Shown here piece after piece: positions 1 through 10,438 of a stretch of DNA of 39,642 nucleotides. The first letter of the stretch is position 1. Every line of letters starts with the position of its first letter. The notes beneath the pieces were generated by a model. It saw only the letters and a list, made by a program, of their open reading frames with translations, did no database searches and had not been told where the DNA came from. This DNA is from a virus (Duplodnaviria; Caudoviricetes): the IMG/VR virus record IMGVR_UViG_3300037518_000308, positions 1-39,642 of that record, one strand, 5' to 3'. A program made the position numbers and the translations under genes.

Positions 1-127
1 TCTATTTCCATTAGTAAAAAGAGACCATGTCAAAGAAGTCGCTAATCCATCTCCTCTAAGCCTTAACTGCTGTACCGATCCAGCAGTAGACTGAGCCATC
101 ATAAGATTTAGATTTCCTCCAGCTGCA
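1..127. repeat. 127-bp terminal direct repeat, left copy (circular assembly overlap)
   Basis: Bases 1-127 are identical to 39516-39642, giving a unit length of 39,515 bp. The tail-fibre reading frame continues across the junction. Confidence 0.97.
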
Positions 128-1560
128 CTATAAAGTCCAGGAAACCATGTAAGTATAGATGAAGTAGCATGAATCACAAAAGGAGCAACTATTCTAGCCT
201 CACCTCCTGCACCATCTGTTCCACCATCTCCTGATAAATTAAATCTATAGTAACAATAACCATTTTTTGTAAGTCTATAGTCAGCTGTGTTAACACTAAA
301 AACAGGAGCTGTTCCTCCGTTATCTAAGGTAATTGTCCCTGCATTAGCTCCAAATTGACCCAATGGCATATTAAATCTATTGTTTTCTTGAAATTGTCCA
401 ATTCCATCATAAACAACATTTAAAGTTTGTACTGTCCAGTCATCAGATGCGCTCATTTGCATCCTAAAAGATCCAACCATAACCACAGGGTTATCGTCAT
501 AATCTGTTGTTGTAATATCATCAAAAGAAAATAAAGATCCATTTGTACTAGCAACAGGATTTGACGGAGTTCCGATAAAACTCCCTCCAGATGATGACTC
601 ATATCCAGGTGCTCTGGAAATCATAAATTGTACAGCGTCTTCATCTTCATTCATAACAGCATAAACAAAAAATGGGACGTCTTCAGTAACAGATATACTT
701 GTAGTAAACCCAAATAGATTCCCAATAATTTCAGAGGCTCCATTATCATCTATAAATGACTGATTAGCAATGACTTGAAGCGTTATAAGCTCTCCGGGTG
801 TAGACTTACTCTGAAAAGTCACATACCCAGGATTCGTCGCACTCAACGCACTCCCATCCGCACTCGTAATCGAGAAAACACCGGTGCCGGCATCGTAGGA
901 CATCCCCAAGTTTTGGTAATATCCTCCAGAGCTTCTGATGGTGGGATTAATGGATATTTCTGGATTTCCAAGAACACCATCTCCGTCCAATACATCGACT
1001 CCATCACCACCTATTATAGTTCTTGTAGTCCAAGTGTTTGATGCGGTTCTTGTAGCAAGCCCGGTTGTTGCAAGACCTTCTACGGCTGCTAAATCGTCAG
1101 ATAAAGCAAATGTAATGCTTCCCGGTCCTAGAGTTATGGTAATACCCGCTACAGGGGCTATAAGAGTTGCTAGTACTGGGTCACCACCAGTTAATCCGAT
1201 AAGCAGTTGACCATCTGTAGGCTGTGCAGTGACCGTCACAGGGTCTACTCCGTTACCAAGTAGTATACCACCAGATGTTAGAGATGTGAGCCCTGTGCCC
1301 CCGTTAGGTACCGTGACGGGGATGGCTATACCACCCTGGCTAACTTCTCTCCAGTTTGCTGTGTCACCATTAGTAATGCTTACAAGTACATACACTTTTT
1401 CATTAAGCGGATTAGACCAGATCGTAGGTACTGTGTAATACCCACCAACTGTTGGGTGTCTTAAGTCTGCTGTAGTAGGATCTCTTTTAACAGTGACAGA
1501 AGGTAATGTAGAGTACTTTAATGGTGGATTACCAAGCCTGTACGTTGAAGGTGTTGTCAT
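1..1560 (-). CDS. Tail fibre / receptor-binding protein 1, 5' part (about 534 aa in total; continues across the origin to a stop at 39471)
   Basis: Read by hand: ATG at 1560, MTTPSTYRLGNPPLKYSTLPSVTVKRDPTTADLRHP..., G/T-rich fibre motifs (VPNGGTGLTSLTSGGILLGNG, PTDGQLLIG), open to base 1. Not in the ORF track because the stop lies beyond the edge. Confidence 0.85.
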   Translation of the reverse strand, partial: MTTPSTYRLGNPPLKYSTLPSVTVKRDPTTADLRHPTVGGYYTVPTIWSNPLNEKVYVLVSITNGDTANWREVSQGGIAIPVTVPNGGTGLTSLTSGGILLGNGVDPVTVTAQPTDGQLLIGLTGGDPVLATLIAPVAGITITLGPGSITFALSDDLAAVEGLATTGLATRTASNTWTTRTIIGGDGVDVLDGDGVLGNPEISINPTIRSSGGYYQNLGMSYDAGTGVFSITSADGSALSATNPGYVTFQSKSTPGELITLQVIANQSFIDDNGASEIIGNLFGFTTSISVTEDVPFFVYAVMNEDEDAVQFMISRAPGYESSSGGSFIGTPSNPVASTNGSLFSFDDITTTDYDDNPVVMVGSFRMQMSASDDWTVQTLNVVYDGIGQFQENNRFNMPLGQFGANAGTITLDNGGTAPVFSVNTADYRLTKNGYCYYRFNLSGDGGTDGAGGEARIVAPFVIHATSSILTWFPGLYSAAGGNLNLMMAQSTAGSVQQLRLRGDGLATSLTWSLFTNGNR

Positions 1561-1570
1561 GCTCTATCCT

Positions 1571-1849
1571 TTATGAATATGTATAAGTAGCTCTTGCAGT
1601 CCAAGAAAAGGAGTAATCCGTACTAGCTTTACTATCTATTTCCGGCCATTCTGTATCAGTTCTATTGTTTGTGGCATATGTCATCCTTCTTATCTGCCAT
1701 ACCCTGTCACCTTCTGCTGATCCAGGTACTGCATACCCTGCATAGATCAGGTTGTTACTTCCATCATATTCACCTCGAAATGATCTCTCATCATATGAGT
1801 CTTGGATCAAGTTAAAGTTTGGATCTCTTTTAAGTTTTACTGCTACCAT
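1571..1849 (-). CDS. Small putative virion/tail-associated protein (92 aa)
   Basis: GAGG RBS upstream; aromatic-rich YAGYA.PGS....VWQIRR...W..RATYTY pattern typical of small phage proteins next to fibre genes. Confidence 0.6.
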   Translation of the reverse strand: MVAVKLKRDPNFNLIQDSYDERSFRGEYDGSNNLIYAGYAVPGSAEGDRVWQIRRMTYATNNRTDTEWPEIDSKASTDYSFSWTARATYTYS

Positions 1850-1896
1850 GTGAACCTCTTTTCAAATTATATGTTTACACTAAATGCAAAATTTTT

Positions 1897-4800
1897 TTAA
1901 CGTTTTTCTTTTTTACCATGTACACGTCTTCTAGTTTTTGTCTCAATTGTCTTGATTTGTCGATCTTTATATCCATAACCTTTAAGCAAGACTCTTAGAG
2001 CTTTCAAAGACTCATTTCTTTCTCGTCTATCTTCTATCTTGTGTGCTTTTTCAAAGTAAGGCTCAGATGATCTTAAGCTTAGTCCTTTGGATACTGAGAA
2101 AGCTCCAGCTCCTGATATACCAAACTTAAGACCCATTCGAGATAGAGCATTTGTCCAAGATTCCTTAGAATCAAAGAAATCATTTACCATGGTTTGTAAT
2201 GAATAAGGAAGAGATGTTATACCAACCTCTTTAACCATGCTCAAAGCTCTTTCCTTGGTCCATTTCTCTGTACCATCCCAAGGTTTATATTCACCTTCAA
2301 CATAAACTCCGCGTACTGGGAATATTCCTTCTTCTGAAGGTGTGTGATCCATTGCAAGCTTCATACCTAGTTGTAAAAGAGGATTAGATTTAGAGAAAAG
2401 TGCTGCGATAGGAGAGTGGAAGTATCTTAATATCTCTTTAAACTTCTTACCACCATGCATATGATACAAGCGACCTTGTTCATCCCGTCCTAGATATATC
2501 TTTTCACCTGCAACAGTTACATAAACCTTAGGCATTTCGAAGTCAAAGAAGTTTCGTTTCTTTGGATCTTCATTCTGATATGTAGAATGTGCTTTCTTAG
2601 GATCCCATGTAATACTTCCGTCAGGCTTGTTTGTAAGCCCTGTAGACGCATAACTCATTAACTGGGTAGATATAGCTTGTCCAAGTAAATATTCAGCGAT
2701 ATAACGCTGTCCAATCTTTCTTCTAATTGGACTGTCAGATGTAAGTGCTTGGGATATTTCTCTTACAGCCGATACAGTCCAATCAGGATATGCAAAGAAT
2801 CTACTTAAACCTTTTCTATTTCTTGGATCATTCAATATAGGAATCAATTCCCAAGCTTGACCACCAAATTGATCATTAACAGCAGATGCAGACTGTTCTT
2901 TAATCTCTTTAAGTAATGATTCATTTGGATGCATACCCTTCTTCTCAAAATGTTTCAGCATTACCTCAACATTTCTTTGATATTGCATAGCCTTCATTCT
3001 AGGTTGAAAGTTGTAGAAAAGAAAATTGTGTAGTCTAGTAAAAGGTCCAACCATATCTGCTAAGTTTCCGATACCTTTTAATGCAGGATTTTTGCTTACC
3101 TGCAACTTTCTTAAAAAGTTTTTATAGAAGCTCTTGGTTTGGTTTAGATGAGCTTCACTTGGAAGCTTAATGTCTGCACCATGTGTAAGCATATCTTTTA
3201 CAATCGCTGAATCTTTTAATAATTCTCCACCTTGTTTCCACCAAAAAGGAGTTCTAAGCATAGATATTAAACCACCACCCTTAGCGGTAAAAGATTCACC
3301 AAGAGAGTTAAAGTGGAAGGCAGATCCAGCTACATGGTTTCTATTTAAAACAGCGTTTATCTGGTCATACGCACGAACAAAGGCATTCCCTGGGTTGTAT
3401 AACTTTTTGTTAAATACTCCTTGCAATGAAGACGCGAGATCTGGATGAACAAGAGCAGGACCTTCTGTTATAGACCATTTGAGTTTTCCATCTTTACCTT
3501 TTCCAGATACATATGACCTTAGATACCCATCTTGAAAAGGAACCCATCCATCTTGTTTTGCTTCTTGATATAACTTTTTATTATTGCTTCTTACGATTAA
3601 TTTAGTGCCTGAGTTCATTTCAACAGCTCTTAAGTCATGAACCAGTCGGTTGTTTGATAGAACTCGATTCATAATTGCATCTTGAGCCGCTAGAAGCTTC
3701 GTAATGTCATTGTACATTGGGACTAATCCCGCTTCTTTCAATGCATCATTAAATGTTGTAAATGTACGTTTATTAGCAAATGGGTTATCAGTTCTAAACT
3801 TATTTTGAATAGTGTCGTAGGCTTTATCGATTTGTGCTTTCTTAATCTTTCCTGCATAGAAATGGCGAATGTATATATCTTCTATTTCTTTTCTTGGAGT
3901 CACCTTTTGCTTCATAAAAGGAGCATCATTCATGATACGTAGGCTATCTTTCATATGTTGATCTACTACTGTATCAACCACACGTTTAGCTTCTGGAGAG
4001 ATTCGTTTATTTAAAGCTTCAAAGGTATCTCCAGTAACAAATGGGTTACCGGTTCTCTCTCTGTAGAAAATCATGTCAGAACGATCTTGTTTAGAGATCT
4101 TCTTGTTCTTAGTAATTGCTTCATCCCATTTTATGTTGCTCTCGTATTTTCCTGTTTTTTTCCCTCCACTAAATCTTTTAACTGCTTCCCAACCTTCCTT
4201 GTATATATTGGAGGTAGGATCTCCCTTAACCCTCAGAAGCTTTCTAAGTCCTTTCTTAGACTTGCCTAAAATAGATGAGTACCAATCACCTGGTTCATAA
4301 GCTCCTTGGCTAAGGGTCTCTACAGGTTTTTTAGCAACAGCTTCTACAACATTTGTGTTGTTAAGGTTCTCTGGAATTTCAGCGACTAATGTTTTCTGTT
4401 TAGTATTTACTTCACCAGGAGTTTGAGGGACTGAGTACTTAGAGGCTGCTTGTGCTGCTTTTAGTCTTTTCTTTTGAATTGATAGGTTTTTGTTAAGGAC
4501 TGCCTTTGAAGATTCCCTAGTCGCTTTCTTAAGTTGTTCTTCAATTGAATCAATTTTCTTTTGAATCTTATTGGTTTCTTTGTTCTCAACCTGCTCTTCG
4601 AAAGCCTTAACCTTAACTTCTTCTACCTTCTTCTGAGTTTCGGTATCTTTACGTTGCTCTTTAACCGTTTTTGCTTCAGTTTTGGCTTCTGGAATATCGC
4701 TTTTTGCTTCAATTTCTTTAGTTGTCTCTTGATCAGCTTCAACTTTCTTCTCCCTAGGTTTTACAGGTTCTTTGGAGACTTGCTCTTTTGGTTCTAGATC

Positions 4801-5901
4801 AACCTTCTTCATTACATCATTAATCTTTTTAGCAGTTGTCTCTGGTGTATCTCCTAAGACTCTACTTTTCTCAATCCTTTCTCTTACCTTAGCTGGTAGT
4901 TGAGCGGCTTTCAGTCCTAGGATTAGGGCTACAGACTTTGCAAAGTCTTCTTTTGCTGGAAGCCTTCCTTCAGATACTGGAGGTACAGTCGTTAACACAG
5001 CAGCTTCAGCAGCTACTTTCTCTGCACTTTGAGCAATCTTTGATGTAAATAATTTACCAATACCCGGAAGCTTTTTAAGGACAGGTGCTGCCTTGTTAAC
5101 CATTCCAAGCATAGATCCCATCAACCCGGAGTTTAGAGTTTTAGAACCAATACGATCTGCTCTTTCAAGGAATTCACCAAACGTTAAGTCATTGCCTTGT
5201 TCAACATAATCTTTATATTCTTGGATAGAGCTTTTAAGAAATTCAGGTAATGCCATTGACCCAAATCCACCACCCAGGACACCACCAATTGCTGTACCAT
5301 AAGGTCCTGCATAAGATCCAAGTGAACCTCCCGCTGCTGCGCCGATAGTAGCTCCTGCCATGATGTAGGGCATATCCCCTACAATTGTACCTGATTCCTC
5401 TACAAGTGATGTCCAAAAATCAGGATCTGATTTAATATGTTCTTGAATTTTTCTTGTTGGATGAGCAATTTCACCACTAGCAGATCTTTCTAGTCCTCTA
5501 ATAAAGCTAGAAGCATAACTATTATCACTACTACCACTAGGAGTATCCATTGACTGTGCAACATCAACAACTTTCTCAGCCGGAGTATTTGGAGTCTCTG
5601 GAGAAAATGCTTGAGGATCTTGAGGTGATTCAATCGAAGTATCTTGATAAGGTGTTTGAGATAATGACATCTGTTCAGGAGATTGAGGGTCTTGAAGAGA
5701 ATCAGTTTCTTGTTGAGAAGGTTCAAAAGATAATTGATTTTCAAGAGATTTCATAATAGACGCAGAGTCATATCCCAATCCCTTAGCTTTTTTAATTCTT
5801 GGTGCATATTCTTGATCTACGCGCTCTATAGAATCTAATATTTGATCATCATCATATCCAAGGTCTCTAGCTTTCCTTATCTTTTCTATTGATAAAACCA
5901 T
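1897..5901 (-). CDS. Large DNA ejection / internal virion protein (1334 aa)
   Basis: Last and largest of three genes after the nozzle. N-terminal repeats (KARDLGYDDDQI / KAKGLGYDSASI), a glycine-zipper hydrophobic segment (GATIGAAAGGSLGSYAGPYGTAIGGVLGG) and a charged coiled coil. Confidence 0.7.
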   Translation of the reverse strand: MVLSIEKIRKARDLGYDDDQILDSIERVDQEYAPRIKKAKGLGYDSASIMKSLENQLSFEPSQQETDSLQDPQSPEQMSLSQTPYQDTSIESPQDPQAFSPETPNTPAEKVVDVAQSMDTPSGSSDNSYASSFIRGLERSASGEIAHPTRKIQEHIKSDPDFWTSLVEESGTIVGDMPYIMAGATIGAAAGGSLGSYAGPYGTAIGGVLGGGFGSMALPEFLKSSIQEYKDYVEQGNDLTFGEFLERADRIGSKTLNSGLMGSMLGMVNKAAPVLKKLPGIGKLFTSKIAQSAEKVAAEAAVLTTVPPVSEGRLPAKEDFAKSVALILGLKAAQLPAKVRERIEKSRVLGDTPETTAKKINDVMKKVDLEPKEQVSKEPVKPREKKVEADQETTKEIEAKSDIPEAKTEAKTVKEQRKDTETQKKVEEVKVKAFEEQVENKETNKIQKKIDSIEEQLKKATRESSKAVLNKNLSIQKKRLKAAQAASKYSVPQTPGEVNTKQKTLVAEIPENLNNTNVVEAVAKKPVETLSQGAYEPGDWYSSILGKSKKGLRKLLRVKGDPTSNIYKEGWEAVKRFSGGKKTGKYESNIKWDEAITKNKKISKQDRSDMIFYRERTGNPFVTGDTFEALNKRISPEAKRVVDTVVDQHMKDSLRIMNDAPFMKQKVTPRKEIEDIYIRHFYAGKIKKAQIDKAYDTIQNKFRTDNPFANKRTFTTFNDALKEAGLVPMYNDITKLLAAQDAIMNRVLSNNRLVHDLRAVEMNSGTKLIVRSNNKKLYQEAKQDGWVPFQDGYLRSYVSGKGKDGKLKWSITEGPALVHPDLASSLQGVFNKKLYNPGNAFVRAYDQINAVLNRNHVAGSAFHFNSLGESFTAKGGGLISMLRTPFWWKQGGELLKDSAIVKDMLTHGADIKLPSEAHLNQTKSFYKNFLRKLQVSKNPALKGIGNLADMVGPFTRLHNFLFYNFQPRMKAMQYQRNVEVMLKHFEKKGMHPNESLLKEIKEQSASAVNDQFGGQAWELIPILNDPRNRKGLSRFFAYPDWTVSAVREISQALTSDSPIRRKIGQRYIAEYLLGQAISTQLMSYASTGLTNKPDGSITWDPKKAHSTYQNEDPKKRNFFDFEMPKVYVTVAGEKIYLGRDEQGRLYHMHGGKKFKEILRYFHSPIAALFSKSNPLLQLGMKLAMDHTPSEEGIFPVRGVYVEGEYKPWDGTEKWTKERALSMVKEVGITSLPYSLQTMVNDFFDSKESWTNALSRMGLKFGISGAGAFSVSKGLSLRSSEPYFEKAHKIEDRRERNESLKALRVLLKGYGYKDRQIKTIETKTRRRVHGKKEKR

Positions 5902-6837
5902 CTATTCCTCAGCCATCACATCATCTAAAGATTGAGCTTCTTCTTGTTCTTCTACTTGCTTAGTTGTAGATCTTATTTTTTTTCCACGTCTTTGAAAAAC
6001 TCTTTGCAACATCTTTGTAATCTCTTCAGGGCTCCATCCAGCTTTTTTAGCAACAAATCTAAGATCTCTTTGAGATTCAACACCAGCTTCATATAGATTT
6101 TCCAACCCTTCATAAGCCTTCTCCATTGCTTTTGAAATATCCTGGTTTGATGGAGCATCAAACCGTGTCCACCCTTCAGGCTTTGGTTCTAATTGAGATT
6201 TATCAATAAGATCATTTTTAAGACTCACATAGTCCAATGCCTCATTAAATGCTTGGCTCAATGTCATTTCATCGTCTTGCATGTTGTTTTGAATTCTTTC
6301 ATTAAGAATCCCTTTATCTCCCTCACTCATTTTATCTTCAGAATCTTTAAGGATTTTATTTGTATAATCAGCGATAAGTGTTGGTAATTTTTTATCATTG
6401 CTCGAGTCAGCAATTTCAATGCGTTTAGCCTCATTCTCAAGTCGAACTTTTTTAAGCTTTAAATCTTCTTTTTGAAATGGAGTTATTGGCTTTTCTCCAC
6501 CTTCTTTCTTGATCTTAAGTTCTTCTCTCTTGATATCAAGCATTTCATCTTGGAAAAGATTTCTCTTTTCTTGTGTTGCAAGGTTTGCATATTCTTTTAC
6601 GTTACTGATCAGATCCTTTTTATAATCTTGATCAAATCCTTCTGCTTCTATGATATCTCTCATAATTTGTTCAGGCTTAGCATCAGGACCATACTTATTT
6701 TTGATACGAGTAAATAAATCTTCATTCCTCTTTTGAGTTTGTTGTTTAAAGAAAGAATCTGAGAAACCTTGAGCAAACTTACCCATGCTTTCTGAAAAAG
6801 AATCAGGTCCAAAGTCTACAACTTGTAAAGATGGCAT
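5902..6837 (-). CDS. Putative ejection protein (P22 gp20-like position)
   Basis: Helical, charged, 311 aa; abuts both neighbours; middle member of the podoviral ejection trio. Confidence 0.55.
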   Translation of the reverse strand: MPSLQVVDFGPDSFSESMGKFAQGFSDSFFKQQTQKRNEDLFTRIKNKYGPDAKPEQIMRDIIEAEGFDQDYKKDLISNVKEYANLATQEKRNLFQDEMLDIKREELKIKKEGGEKPITPFQKEDLKLKKVRLENEAKRIEIADSSNDKKLPTLIADYTNKILKDSEDKMSEGDKGILNERIQNNMQDDEMTLSQAFNEALDYVSLKNDLIDKSQLEPKPEGWTRFDAPSNQDISKAMEKAYEGLENLYEAGVESQRDLRFVAKKAGWSPEEITKMLQRVFQRRGKKIRSTTKQVEEQEEAQSLDDVMAEE

Positions 6838-6838
6838 A

Positions 6839-7501
6839 CTAACCTCCTGCCCCAGTAGCTGCTACCTGAGGATTCATCCAGCTAGCAAATTTTTGACCAG
6901 CTGCTTGCCCGGCATATTTACCGGCACCCCCAGAAAAGCTATCAAGCATAGTATCAAATGGACTTGCTTGAGGTTTCTGATAAGCAAATGTTTGCATGTT
7001 CATCAAGTTATTTATTGAATTAATCCTGCGATCTATTGATGCTTGCTGACCTTGATAAAGCATTTGAGCCATCTGAGCATTTAAGTTTCTTTGTACATCA
7101 GTTCCAGCCTTACCAAGTGCTCCTGCCATGTAAGATGAGTTCTGAAGATTACCACCTCTAAACTGACCTGTTATTCCAGGGACTATCTCTTCTTGAAATT
7201 GTTGATATGCAGGCTGGGCATACATTTGGTTAAATACATCTGTTGCTTGCTCTGGATTAAAGTTGTACATATCAGCAAATGGACCTTGACCTTGCACCCC
7301 TTGAGCTGTCTGGTTATATAGTTGTTGTTGTGTTGGGTCCATTGTAGATAGTTTTTTAGGTTTCTTTTTTCTTCTAGAAAACATACCAAGAAGACCACCT
7401 GCTACTGCTCCAACTCCTGCACCAACCGGTCCAAATGAACCCCCCGCGGATGCCCCGGCCATTGCCCCAGAAGCGGCTCCTCCTACATCAAATCTAGCCA
7501 T
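6839..7501 (-). CDS. Putative DNA transfer / pilot protein (P22 gp7-like)
   Basis: Gly/Ala-rich hydrophobic N-terminus (GGAASGAMAGASAGGSFGPVGAGVGAVAGGLLG) followed by a basic patch and Gln-rich helices; GGAG RBS. Confidence 0.65.
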   Translation of the reverse strand: MARFDVGGAASGAMAGASAGGSFGPVGAGVGAVAGGLLGMFSRRKKKPKKLSTMDPTQQQLYNQTAQGVQGQGPFADMYNFNPEQATDVFNQMYAQPAYQQFQEEIVPGITGQFRGGNLQNSSYMAGALGKAGTDVQRNLNAQMAQMLYQGQQASIDRRINSINNLMNMQTFAYQKPQASPFDTMLDSFSGGAGKYAGQAAGQKFASWMNPQVAATGAGG

Positions 7502-7511
7502 ATATTTCTCC

Positions 7512-7787
7512 TTAAGTTATTTGTGTCCATGTTGCTTGGGTATTTGTCTGCCTGGATGTCATGATAAAAGCTGTGTCGGTAGATGTATTTACCCAAATAT
7601 CCCCAATTTCAAATGATGTGTTCTGTGCAGAATCAGCTGGTGGGTTTAAAGTAGTTATGTTCTTAGAAACCTTACCATTGACCGTTCTAGCTGTTAGTGA
7701 ATAAGAATCAGTCAGCTGGTTGTATAGAGTTGAGTTGTCATTCTTAAGTTCACTTCCCCAGTTATATGTTGGAGGTAATCTTGCCAT
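7512..7787 (-). CDS. Small tail protein carrying the module also found at the fibre N-termini
   Basis: C-terminal FEIGDIWVNTSTDTAFIMTS....ATWTQIT aligns by eye with residues ~40-73 of both fibres; its start overlaps the nozzle stop. Confidence 0.6.
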   Translation of the reverse strand: MARLPPTYNWGSELKNDNSTLYNQLTDSYSLTARTVNGKVSKNITTLNPPADSAQNTSFEIGDIWVNTSTDTAFIMTSRQTNTQATWTQIT

Positions 7788-10438
7788 TAAACAATCCTCC
7801 CAACACCAGACATTCCCATCATGATTGCCTGGATCTCTACCTTGGCACCTGCTTGTGTATTAGAAAACTCAAGTTGAATAAATCTACCCACTTGATTCAC
7901 ATAAAGCTTGTACCACTTCTTAATCCCTTGGCTTGCCTTCTCAGATGTTAAGTTGATTTCATAAGGAGATGGATTGAATGATCCAACTTGTGTGGACTCA
8001 TCTTTATCATTTACAATGACTCTAACTTGTAACTTGGCATCTGATGGTGTAGATGTGAAGCCCTCTCCTGTATAAACACCAAATCCAGTAGCATCCACAC
8101 CGTCTAGAGTAAAGGTGTTAACATCAATCACAGTGATATAATAATAATTTCCATTAAGCTCCGTGGTTCCAGTCACTGAGTTGATAAATACTTGTTGTCC
8201 TGTAGAGTATCCATGACCTGGAATAGTGATTAAGCAAGGGTCTGTGTTGTCAATTGCTGTGATGTATCGGTTATCTGTAAGCGATGTTCCTGTAGTAGAT
8301 ACGTAGAAGTATACCCATCCACAACGAACTTTTTTGTTTTGTTCAGTAAAAGGATTGAACTTCTTGGTTTTTGTTAAGAAGTTAATCACCTTGGAAGCAA
8401 CACCAGATCCTGTATAAGCGTTAAATCTTGATGTTTGGATCTCTACATCAAATGTGTAGTTTGCAGTTTGTATTTCTTTAATTGGAGCTTGCTTATCATT
8501 AACTTCAAACATACCAGACAAACTCTCAAAGTTAATGAAATCTCCAACCTCATAATTTTGAAAGTCTGTTGTCACTCTTAAAGTTTGGCTGTCTACTACA
8601 ACAACATCTCTAATCATTACCGGGTAGTCTTCAATTTCAATGACATTAAGCTTATAGATCTGACCTTCATGACCACCACCAACTGCAAAGGGAGCACCTT
8701 GAGAATAAGCAAATGAGTTCCAGCTTCCATATACAGCTGCCAGTTCATCCCAGTTGTTAAAACCAAGTAAGTCACCCCAAGTGACATCAAATGCCCCAGT
8801 GAAGTTACCCATACAACTTAGAGGGATTCTATACACAGAAAAGTTGTCTTCTTCATAATTTGTCACAAGAATTCTGTCAGAGATCTCTTCACCGGGAGTT
8901 GGGTAGATTAAGTAGTGATCTCTATCTTCATCAACTGCTCCTGCAAAGCATTGGAAAAACCTAGACTGATCAATGTTATTAAAAGAGAACTGAGGAATTT
9001 TGTTATCAGATCTTATTACAGAGTACCCATCAGAGATGATCAACCCTCTTGTACTAGCAGCTGATGTTCTATTTAAGTACGTAATTGTCCCATATGGAGC
9101 TTCTGATCCACGAGATTCATCAATACGATCAAGTGAGAAGGGGACTACATCGCTACCTGTATACCTGACAACCCATGTAGAAGCACTTGTAAAAACAAGT
9201 AAGTCATCTCTGTTAAAGTCTTGTGCTTGGATGAAGGTGTCATCAGGAATATCAATAAAACCCGCTCCAATTGCATCTGTTGTGAATACATCACCAAATG
9301 CCCCGGTTCCTGAGATCCTGATCCTTAAACCTCTTTGTATGCCACCTGATTCTATGGTGGATAGAAGCAAAAGCCGATCCTTCATTTGTCTAACATGTAA
9401 GCAGCTTTCAAGAGGAGTGTTTAGTTGGGTATAAGTTAAGTTGATTGGATCCCCCACACCAACAGCTGATGTGAAGGTCACAGAGATCTCTCCAGTGAGA
9501 TAATTTACAGTACCTGTACCATCACCTTGCAAGTTGCCAAACTGATCGTCAGTGACCGTTTGTGGGGTTGTAGGATCTAAGATCTGTAAGCTTCCAGGAA
9601 AGATCCCTGTACTAGCAGGTGTGTTAATGATGTAGGGTCCTGTAGTCCCATCACCCAATACACCAGATGCAGCTGCTGTAATCGAGGTACTAGATGTATA
9701 GACTGGGAATGGAGTTACAGTACCCCCTGAGTATTGATGAATCTGATCTACATAATTTACAAAGACTAGTCTTTGATCAGCATTAGGTGTTGGGTAGTTA
9801 GTCCATGAAAAGAAGTTGGTTTCATCTCCTGTGAAAAGGGTGGATGGAGAAATATCAACTAGAGTATTTGTGACCGGGTTATATCGATTTACATATCTTG
9901 TGTCTGCAACAATCAATTCTCTTGAATTGGTTTGTGTAAAGAAGTTCATTACACCCATGATAGGTAAACCGTTAAACACATTGTATGTCACTGTTACGGA
10001 TCCTGAAACCGGTGCAGCAGGTAAGGTTATGGACAAAGCACCTGTTAAGTAATCAATGGTCCCAATTGGAGTTAAGCCATCAAAGAATTCTCCTAGGCCA
10101 TTATCTGTAAAAGATTGAACAGGATCATCCCCTGATACCACCACACTTCCACGGGATATAGGGGTTGTAAGTGATCCAGTAAAGACCTGATTGGCACCAT
10201 CAATTACACCGGTTAATGCTTCATCTTCAATGGTATGAATCATCCTAGATTCTGTGTATGCAGCGCCACCCCTTTGACCTGTTGCAAGTTGAGAATATCC
10301 CTCTCTTTTTTGCCAAACACCTCTGTATACAAACCCATCAAATAAGTCTTGTTGAGAATCTATTGGGTTAAGCCAGGGTTGCCTTTCTCTATCAAGACCT
10401 GTTGAAAAATCTGAGATTAAGTAAGGGGTATAATTCAT
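7787..10438 (-). CDS. Tail nozzle / head-stabilisation protein (P22 gp10, T7 gp12-like) with inserted beta domains
   Basis: 883 aa, beta-rich; N-terminal DFSTGL...W..R.G motif and C-terminal GRFIQLEFSN typical of podoviral nozzles; position downstream of the adaptor. Confidence 0.7.
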   Translation of the reverse strand: MNYTPYLISDFSTGLDRERQPWLNPIDSQQDLFDGFVYRGVWQKREGYSQLATGQRGGAAYTESRMIHTIEDEALTGVIDGANQVFTGSLTTPISRGSVVVSGDDPVQSFTDNGLGEFFDGLTPIGTIDYLTGALSITLPAAPVSGSVTVTYNVFNGLPIMGVMNFFTQTNSRELIVADTRYVNRYNPVTNTLVDISPSTLFTGDETNFFSWTNYPTPNADQRLVFVNYVDQIHQYSGGTVTPFPVYTSSTSITAAASGVLGDGTTGPYIINTPASTGIFPGSLQILDPTTPQTVTDDQFGNLQGDGTGTVNYLTGEISVTFTSAVGVGDPINLTYTQLNTPLESCLHVRQMKDRLLLLSTIESGGIQRGLRIRISGTGAFGDVFTTDAIGAGFIDIPDDTFIQAQDFNRDDLLVFTSASTWVVRYTGSDVVPFSLDRIDESRGSEAPYGTITYLNRTSAASTRGLIISDGYSVIRSDNKIPQFSFNNIDQSRFFQCFAGAVDEDRDHYLIYPTPGEEISDRILVTNYEEDNFSVYRIPLSCMGNFTGAFDVTWGDLLGFNNWDELAAVYGSWNSFAYSQGAPFAVGGGHEGQIYKLNVIEIEDYPVMIRDVVVVDSQTLRVTTDFQNYEVGDFINFESLSGMFEVNDKQAPIKEIQTANYTFDVEIQTSRFNAYTGSGVASKVINFLTKTKKFNPFTEQNKKVRCGWVYFYVSTTGTSLTDNRYITAIDNTDPCLITIPGHGYSTGQQVFINSVTGTTELNGNYYYITVIDVNTFTLDGVDATGFGVYTGEGFTSTPSDAKLQVRVIVNDKDESTQVGSFNPSPYEINLTSEKASQGIKKWYKLYVNQVGRFIQLEFSNTQAGAKVEIQAIMMGMSGVGRIV

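Noticed and set aside
775-1438. Plus-strand ORFs 775-1041, 938-1210 and 1229-1438
   Set aside because: Antisense shadows of the origin-spanning fibre gene. The same applies to most short opposite-strand ORFs inside long genes, such as 9000-9434, 22902-23261 and 38731-39021.
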